DNA from: an uncultured Acidobacteriota bacterium
GTDB taxonomy: Bacteria > Acidobacteriota > Vicinamibacteria > Vicinamibacterales > CAVVIG01
DNA: 64,000 bases
Direction of reading: 5' to 3'
NCBI GenBank assembly: GCA_963794705.1
Contig: CAWCFI010000003.1
Location: 859,187-923,186, forward strand
Of this stretch, positions 59,693 to 64,000 are shown piece by piece. How positions within the stretch are numbered: position 1 is the first letter of the stretch; every line of letters begins with the position of its first letter. Below the pieces are notes generated by a model. It made no database searches. It saw only the letters and a list, made by a program, of their open reading frames with translations, and was not told the origin of the DNA. The translations under genes and the position numbers were made by a program.

Positions 59693-60172
59693 ATGAACCG
59701 CGCGCGCCTGATCCTTGCCGCGACGCTTGTGGGCGCCAGCCTGGTCGCCGCCCACGCTCAAACGCCAGCCGCTCCGCCGATGACGTCAGTCCTCGCCGGC
59801 AAGAAGTTCACGCCGCCCTTCAAGGGTCAGGCCGAGGTCGACTTCACCAAGCCCGTCTCGAAGAACGAGAAGGGGATGGTCACCACGACCATCATGGTGA
59901 AGAACAACGCCGCCGGCCCGCTGCTCCGGCTGACGGTCGACGAGACCTGGTACGACGCCGCGGGCGGACTCGTTACGGGCGGCAAGGGCATCATCAACCG
60001 TCTCGAAGCCGGCGAAGTCGGCACCATCAAGATCGAGACGCCCTACAACCCGAAGATGAAGGCGAACAACTACAACTTCACCCACGCCAACGGCACGATC
60101 AAGCCGCATGCGGTCGCGAAACTGACCGCGGCCGGCGAGAAAGAGCCGGCGGCTACGACGAAGAAGAAGTAG
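59693..60172 (+). CDS. secreted hypothetical protein, possibly FxLYD-domain-like
   Basis: Signal MNRARLILAATLVGASLVAAHA. The core VTTTIMVKNNAAGPLLRLTVDETWYDAAGGLV..LEAGEVGTIKIE resembles the FxLYD beta-sandwich pattern. GGGAGGA SD. TAATATAAT lies at 59636-59644. Confidence 0.55.
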   Translation: MNRARLILAATLVGASLVAAHAQTPAAPPMTSVLAGKKFTPPFKGQAEVDFTKPVSKNEKGMVTTTIMVKNNAAGPLLRLTVDETWYDAAGGLVTGGKGIINRLEAGEVGTIKIETPYNPKMKANNYNFTHANGTIKPHAVAKLTAAGEKEPAATTKKK

Positions 60173-60217
60173 GAACGTAGAACTCAGAACGTAGAACTTG
60201 GAACTTAGAAGTACGGA
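60169..60217 (+). repeat. seven-unit heptamer array (CNTAGAA type) starting at the stop codon
   Basis: GTAGGAA CGTAGAA CTCAGAA CGTAGAA CTTGGAA CTTAGAA GTACGGA. The array runs straight into a GC hairpin. Confidence 0.8.
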
Positions 60218-60251
60218 GGGCGCGCTTCCACTGGGGGCGCGCCCTTTCTCG
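60217..60251 (+). terminator. rho-independent terminator
   Basis: AGGGCGCGC (60217-60225), 11-nt loop, GCGCGCCCT (60237-60245), followed by TTCTCGTTTC. Confidence 0.7.
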
Positions 60252-60278
60252 TTTCGGCGCGTATAATCCGGCTGCTCC

Positions 60279-62969
60279 ATGCCCCTCGCCGACGGTGCCC
60301 GCCTCGGACCGTACGAGATTCTGTCCGCCGCCGGGGCCGGCGGAATGGGAGAGGTCTACCGCGCCCGGGATACGCGGCTCGATCGCACCGTCGCCATCAA
60401 GGTGCTGCCGTCGGCATTGGCCGGCGACGCCGAGTTCCGGGCCCGCTTCGACCGCGAGGCGCGGGCCGTCTCCTCCCTCAACCATCCCCACATCTGCGCG
60501 CTCTACGACGTCGGCTGCGAAGCCGGCATCGACTTCCTCGTCCTCGAATTCCTCGAGGGAGAAACCCTGGCCGGCCGAATCACCCGGACCGGAGCCCTGC
60601 CGCCGAACGAGGCGCTGAAGATCGCCAGCGAGGTCGCCGGCGCGCTCGACTGGGCGCACCGCGCCGGCATCGTGCATCGCGATCTCAAGCCCGCCAACGT
60701 CATGCTCACCAAGTCGGGCGCGAAGCTGCTGGACTTCGGCCTTGCCAAGAGCGCCGCACCGGTGGTCGCCGCCACAGGCCTGTCGATGCTGCCGACAACG
60801 CCGCATGGCGTGACGGCGCAGGGCACGATCCTCGGGACGTTTCAGTACATGGCGCCGGAGCAAATCGAGGGGCTCGAAGCCGACGCGCGCACCGACATCT
60901 TCGCCTTCGGCGCCCTGCTGTTCGAGATGATGACGGGACGGCCGGCGTTCGAAGGCAAGACCCGGGCGAGCCTGCTCGGCGCGATTCTGAAGGACGAGCC
61001 GCCGCGCATCTCGTCGCTCAAGCCGCTCTCCCCCGCCTCGATTGATCGCATCGTCGCCACCTGCCTCGCCAAGGATCCCGACGATCGGTGGCAGAGCGCG
61101 CGCGACGTCCTGCATGAACTACGGTGGGCGGCGTCGGGTCCGCCCGATTCGGACGCGAGACCGGCGGCGGCGGCCGCCGCCAGTCGCACGCCATGGCTGG
61201 TGGCCGGCGCGCTCGGCCTCGCGCTGCTGGCGTCGAGCGCCCTCGTCGTGCGGCACGCTCGCGAGACGCCAGGTGAAGCCCTGCAGTTCAACGTGGCCCC
61301 GCCGGAGACGACGCTGTTCGGCGGACTGCCCGGCGGCGGTACCGGTATCGCGCCGCAACTGGCGGTCTCGCCTGACGGACGTCACATTGTCTTCGTGGCC
61401 GGCGGTCCGACAGGCTACCGGCTCTGGCTGCGTCCGCTCGGAAGTCTCGAGTCCAGACTGCTTGCCGGCACGGAAGAGGCTGCGTTCCCCTTCTGGTCGC
61501 CCGACAGCCGTTTCGTCGCATTCTTCGCGGCGGGCAAGCTGAAGAAAGTGCAGATCAGCGGCGGACCTCCCATTGTGTTGTGTGATGTGGCCCGGGGCCT
61601 TGGCGGCACCTGGAGTCGCGACAACATCATCCTGTTCAGCGTCACGCCGGACTCAGGCGGCAGCGTCCTGTTGCGCGTGCCGGCCGCAGGAGGCGTACCA
61701 GTCGCGGCCTCGGTGATCGACAAGACGAACGGTGAGACAAGCCATCGGTGGCCGCACTTTCTGCCGGACGGCCGTCATTTCCTGTACACCGCGGCGACAG
61801 GCACGTGTTGTCCCGCGGCAAAGCCGTCGATCATCCGTGCCGGCACGCTCGACTCCACCGAATCGGCCAACGTCTTCGTAGCGGAGTCGTCGGTCGCGTA
61901 CGGCGCGGGCCACCTGCTGTTTTTTCGTGCCCCAGGCACATTGATGGCACAGCGGTTCGATCCGGCCACTCGGCAACTGACTGGTGATGCATTTCCGGTG
62001 GCGGACCATGTCGCCAACGAGGGCTCGCGCTATGGCAGCTTCGGCATGTCCGAGACTGGCGTCCTGGTGTACGCGCGCGGCGCCGCGCGGCCGACGACGC
62101 GTTTGATGTGGTTCGATCGTGCCGGAAACGTCACCGGTACAGTCGGCGAACCGGCCGGCTACTACGCGCTGGCGCTCGCGCCGGACGAGCGGCGCATCGC
62201 CGTCTCCCTGCCGAGCGGGACGAGCGAGAACCGGGCGATCTGGATCATCGACTCGGCGCGCGGCGGCGCGATGTCGCGGGTGACGTTCGACTCGGTCGAT
62301 GACACGGCGCCCCTGTGGTCCCCCGACGGTTCACGGCTCGCGTTCCAGTCCGTCCGGGTGGGCGAATCGAGCCTCCGGCAGAAAGCCCTGAACGGCACCG
62401 CGACTGACGAACCACTGCTGGTCGGACAGCAATTGTTTCCCACCGCCTGGTCCCAGAACGGGCGCTTCATCGCGTATACGCGCAACAACAGCGGCTCCCC
62501 CGATGTCTGGATCCTGCCGCTGACCGGCGATCGCAAGCCGTTCGCGTTCGCACAGACATCGTTCGCCAAACGCACGGCGGCGTTCTCGCCGGACGGACGG
62601 TGGCTCGCATACGAATCGAACGAGTCCGGACAGTCGCAGGTGTACGTCCAGCCCTTTCCCGCGACCTTCGAGAAGCATCTGGTGTCGATCAGGGGTGGAC
62701 AAATGCCGTCGTGGCGCGGCGACGGCAAGGAGCTCTTCTTCCTCGGGTCCGATTCGAAGATCATGGCCGCGACGATCGACACAGCGACCCAGTTCGAGGC
62801 GGGCGTCCCTCAGGCGTTGTTCCCGGTTGCGATTTCAACCGCGATCACGAGTCGCCAGTTCGCGGTGAGCGGGGACGGCCAGCGGTTTCTCGTGAACGTC
62901 CGCACCGCGCCGACCACCGTCGAGCCGCTGACCGTCGTCGTCAACTGGCTCGCATCGGTGCAGAAGTAG
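60279..62969 (+). CDS. serine/threonine protein kinase fused to a TM segment and TolB-like (PD40/WD40-like) beta-propeller
   Basis: Hanks kinase motifs GAGGMGEVYRA, AIKVL, HRDLKPANVML, DFGLA, APEQ. TM segment PWLVAGALGLALLASSALVV. PD40-type repeats (PFWSPDSRFVAF, PLWSPDGSRLAF, AAFSPDGRWLAY). TATAAT (60262-60267) lies 11 nt upstream. Confidence 0.9.
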   Translation: MPLADGARLGPYEILSAAGAGGMGEVYRARDTRLDRTVAIKVLPSALAGDAEFRARFDREARAVSSLNHPHICALYDVGCEAGIDFLVLEFLEGETLAGRITRTGALPPNEALKIASEVAGALDWAHRAGIVHRDLKPANVMLTKSGAKLLDFGLAKSAAPVVAATGLSMLPTTPHGVTAQGTILGTFQYMAPEQIEGLEADARTDIFAFGALLFEMMTGRPAFEGKTRASLLGAILKDEPPRISSLKPLSPASIDRIVATCLAKDPDDRWQSARDVLHELRWAASGPPDSDARPAAAAAASRTPWLVAGALGLALLASSALVVRHARETPGEALQFNVAPPETTLFGGLPGGGTGIAPQLAVSPDGRHIVFVAGGPTGYRLWLRPLGSLESRLLAGTEEAAFPFWSPDSRFVAFFAAGKLKKVQISGGPPIVLCDVARGLGGTWSRDNIILFSVTPDSGGSVLLRVPAAGGVPVAASVIDKTNGETSHRWPHFLPDGRHFLYTAATGTCCPAAKPSIIRAGTLDSTESANVFVAESSVAYGAGHLLFFRAPGTLMAQRFDPATRQLTGDAFPVADHVANEGSRYGSFGMSETGVLVYARGAARPTTRLMWFDRAGNVTGTVGEPAGYYALALAPDERRIAVSLPSGTSENRAIWIIDSARGGAMSRVTFDSVDDTAPLWSPDGSRLAFQSVRVGESSLRQKALNGTATDEPLLVGQQLFPTAWSQNGRFIAYTRNNSGSPDVWILPLTGDRKPFAFAQTSFAKRTAAFSPDGRWLAYESNESGQSQVYVQPFPATFEKHLVSIRGGQMPSWRGDGKELFFLGSDSKIMAATIDTATQFEAGVPQALFPVAISTAITSRQFAVSGDGQRFLVNVRTAPTTVEPLTVVVNWLASVQK

Positions 62970-63428
62970 CTACTTCTCCGCCTTTTCGAACTTCACGTCC
63001 TTGACGTCGACTCTGGGGATCGCCACCAGATGAAACGGAAACGTCAGGACCTGGGCGCTGATGCTGCCTGGCGCGGGGAGCTTCTCGGCATAACGCACGA
63101 TCAGCGCGCCGTTGGCCGCGGTGACACTGACGATGGCCGTGCTGAAGCCCGCATTCGGCCGGCTTCCCATGAACACGCCGACGACCATCTCCTTCGAGAA
63201 GTCGACGGCCGGGCGCGGCTTGTCGGGGTGGTGCTGGCGCCAGAGCGTGGTCCACTCGGCATCGGTCCGCACCAGCACCCGCCTGGCATCGTCGATGTTG
63301 CTCTGGTCGCCCTTTTCGATGGTCCGGGTGTTCGGTGCTTCCAGCATCATCTCGCCCGGGTTGGCTAACCCGCCCGGATGGGGCGGCTGAACCAGCATCG
63401 CCGCGAGCGCGAGGCCCAGGGCGATCAT
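62970..63428 (-). CDS. PrcB C-terminal-domain family protein (protease-complex subunit PrcB-like), exported
   Basis: VRTDAEWTTLWRQHHPDKPRPAVDFSKEMVVGVFMGSRPNAGFSTAIVSV..ALIVRY fits the PrcB_C pattern. The ATGA overlaps the upstream gene. Confidence 0.6.
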   Translation of the reverse strand: MIALGLALAAMLVQPPHPGGLANPGEMMLEAPNTRTIEKGDQSNIDDARRVLVRTDAEWTTLWRQHHPDKPRPAVDFSKEMVVGVFMGSRPNAGFSTAIVSVTAANGALIVRYAEKLPAPGSISAQVLTFPFHLVAIPRVDVKDVKFEKAEK

Positions 63429-64000
63429 CGCGTCGGCCCCGTCCGCGGCGCCTCCACGGTGAACTGCAGCTCGCGCGCGACCGGCGGCGTGTCCTTCAGC
63501 CGGGACTTCGCTTCGACCTTCAGCACGTAACTGCCGAGCGCCAGGTCCTTCATCGGGATGCGCGTGGTGTAGCCGTAGCCTCCGCGCTTGCCGCCCAGGT
63601 CGGCGGAGTCGCGCACCTCGTCGGTCTTGAACAGCACCTTGCCCTCATCGGTCGTCACCGTGGTCACGATGTCGACCTTGTGCGGTGTCGCGCCGGCGTT
63701 GTCGTAGACCTCGGTGAAGAGCGCGATCTCGTCGTTCTGCGGAAAGGCGCGCAGCGCCACCGGCGGGCCCGGCATCATCGGCTTCAGCTGCTCGTCGGGC
63801 TTGACCGTCGGGAACGCCGAGCCCGCACCGGATGTCAGGACCAGCCCGCTCATGCTGAACGGCGCCTTGGCGTAATCGGGCACGTCGAGGTCGTACTGCA
63901 CCGAGCCGACGTTGCCGCCGGACGGATCGTGCGCGGCGATGCGGAGCTGATACTTGCCGGGCGGGAGATCCAGCCGGTTCAGCATCCGCAGACCGGTCTG
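63425..64000 (-). CDS. C-terminal part of a VWFA-related acidobacterial-domain protein (5' end outside the window)
   Basis: LPPGKYQLRIAAHD..GSYVLKVEAKSRL..LQFTVE is the C-terminal beta-sandwich typical of the family. The frame is open to the window edge. Confidence 0.6.
   Translation of the reverse strand, partial: QTGLRMLNRLDLPPGKYQLRIAAHDPSGGNVGSVQYDLDVPDYAKAPFSMSGLVLTSGAGSAFPTVKPDEQLKPMMPGPPVALRAFPQNDEIALFTEVYDNAGATPHKVDIVTTVTTDEGKVLFKTDEVRDSADLGGKRGGYGYTTRIPMKDLALGSYVLKVEAKSRLKDTPPVARELQFTVEAPRTGPTR

Overview
Very GC-rich, gene-dense chromosomal segment with about 50 protein genes and one tRNA-Leu(CAG). I found no rRNA, CRISPR array, transposase, integrase or phage block. Gene content points to an Acidobacteria-type genome: three ADOP-type orphan MacB/FtsX permeases, three VWFA-related acidobacterial-domain proteins, a CarboxypepD_reg-TonB receptor and a Ser/Thr kinase-TolB propeller fusion. 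Envelope and housekeeping genes dominate (ppiD-like, sppA, aroG-type DAHP synthase, glpF/glpK, LdtD-like transpeptidase plus M15 endopeptidase, LtaS-like sulfatase, glgP, an amino-acid ABC transporter). Items worth a second look: (1) An exported PrxQ/BCP peroxiredoxin (31566-32126) has an in-frame TGA at its peroxidatic Cys codon, followed by a SECIS-like hairpin, so it is a candidate selenoprotein. (2) Ultra-short divergent spacers (18-24 bp) recur in which two overlapping -10 hexamers sit 6-8 nt from both start codons, which reads as back-to-back leaderless promoters. (3) AT-enriched tandem arrays with a 7-nt period sit exactly at gene junctions and share a GAAGTA word. Separately, a 9-nt G-rich in-frame minisatellite that is G-quadruplex-prone occurs in two unrelated genes. 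(4) About twenty single-base frameshifts, almost all extra G/C bases, cluster in a few genes (ppiD-like, glpK, one VOC paralogue) and look more like assembly indels than real decay. (5) A roughly 830-aa coiled-coil protein carries 63-bp tandem repeats and a C-terminal PilZ-like domain. (6) A Fur-like 7-1-7 palindrome lies between a siderophore-type TonB receptor and a PIG-L deacetylase / membrane acetyltransferase / MFS operon. All calls come from reading the sequence and the ORF translations; no database search or folding program was run.
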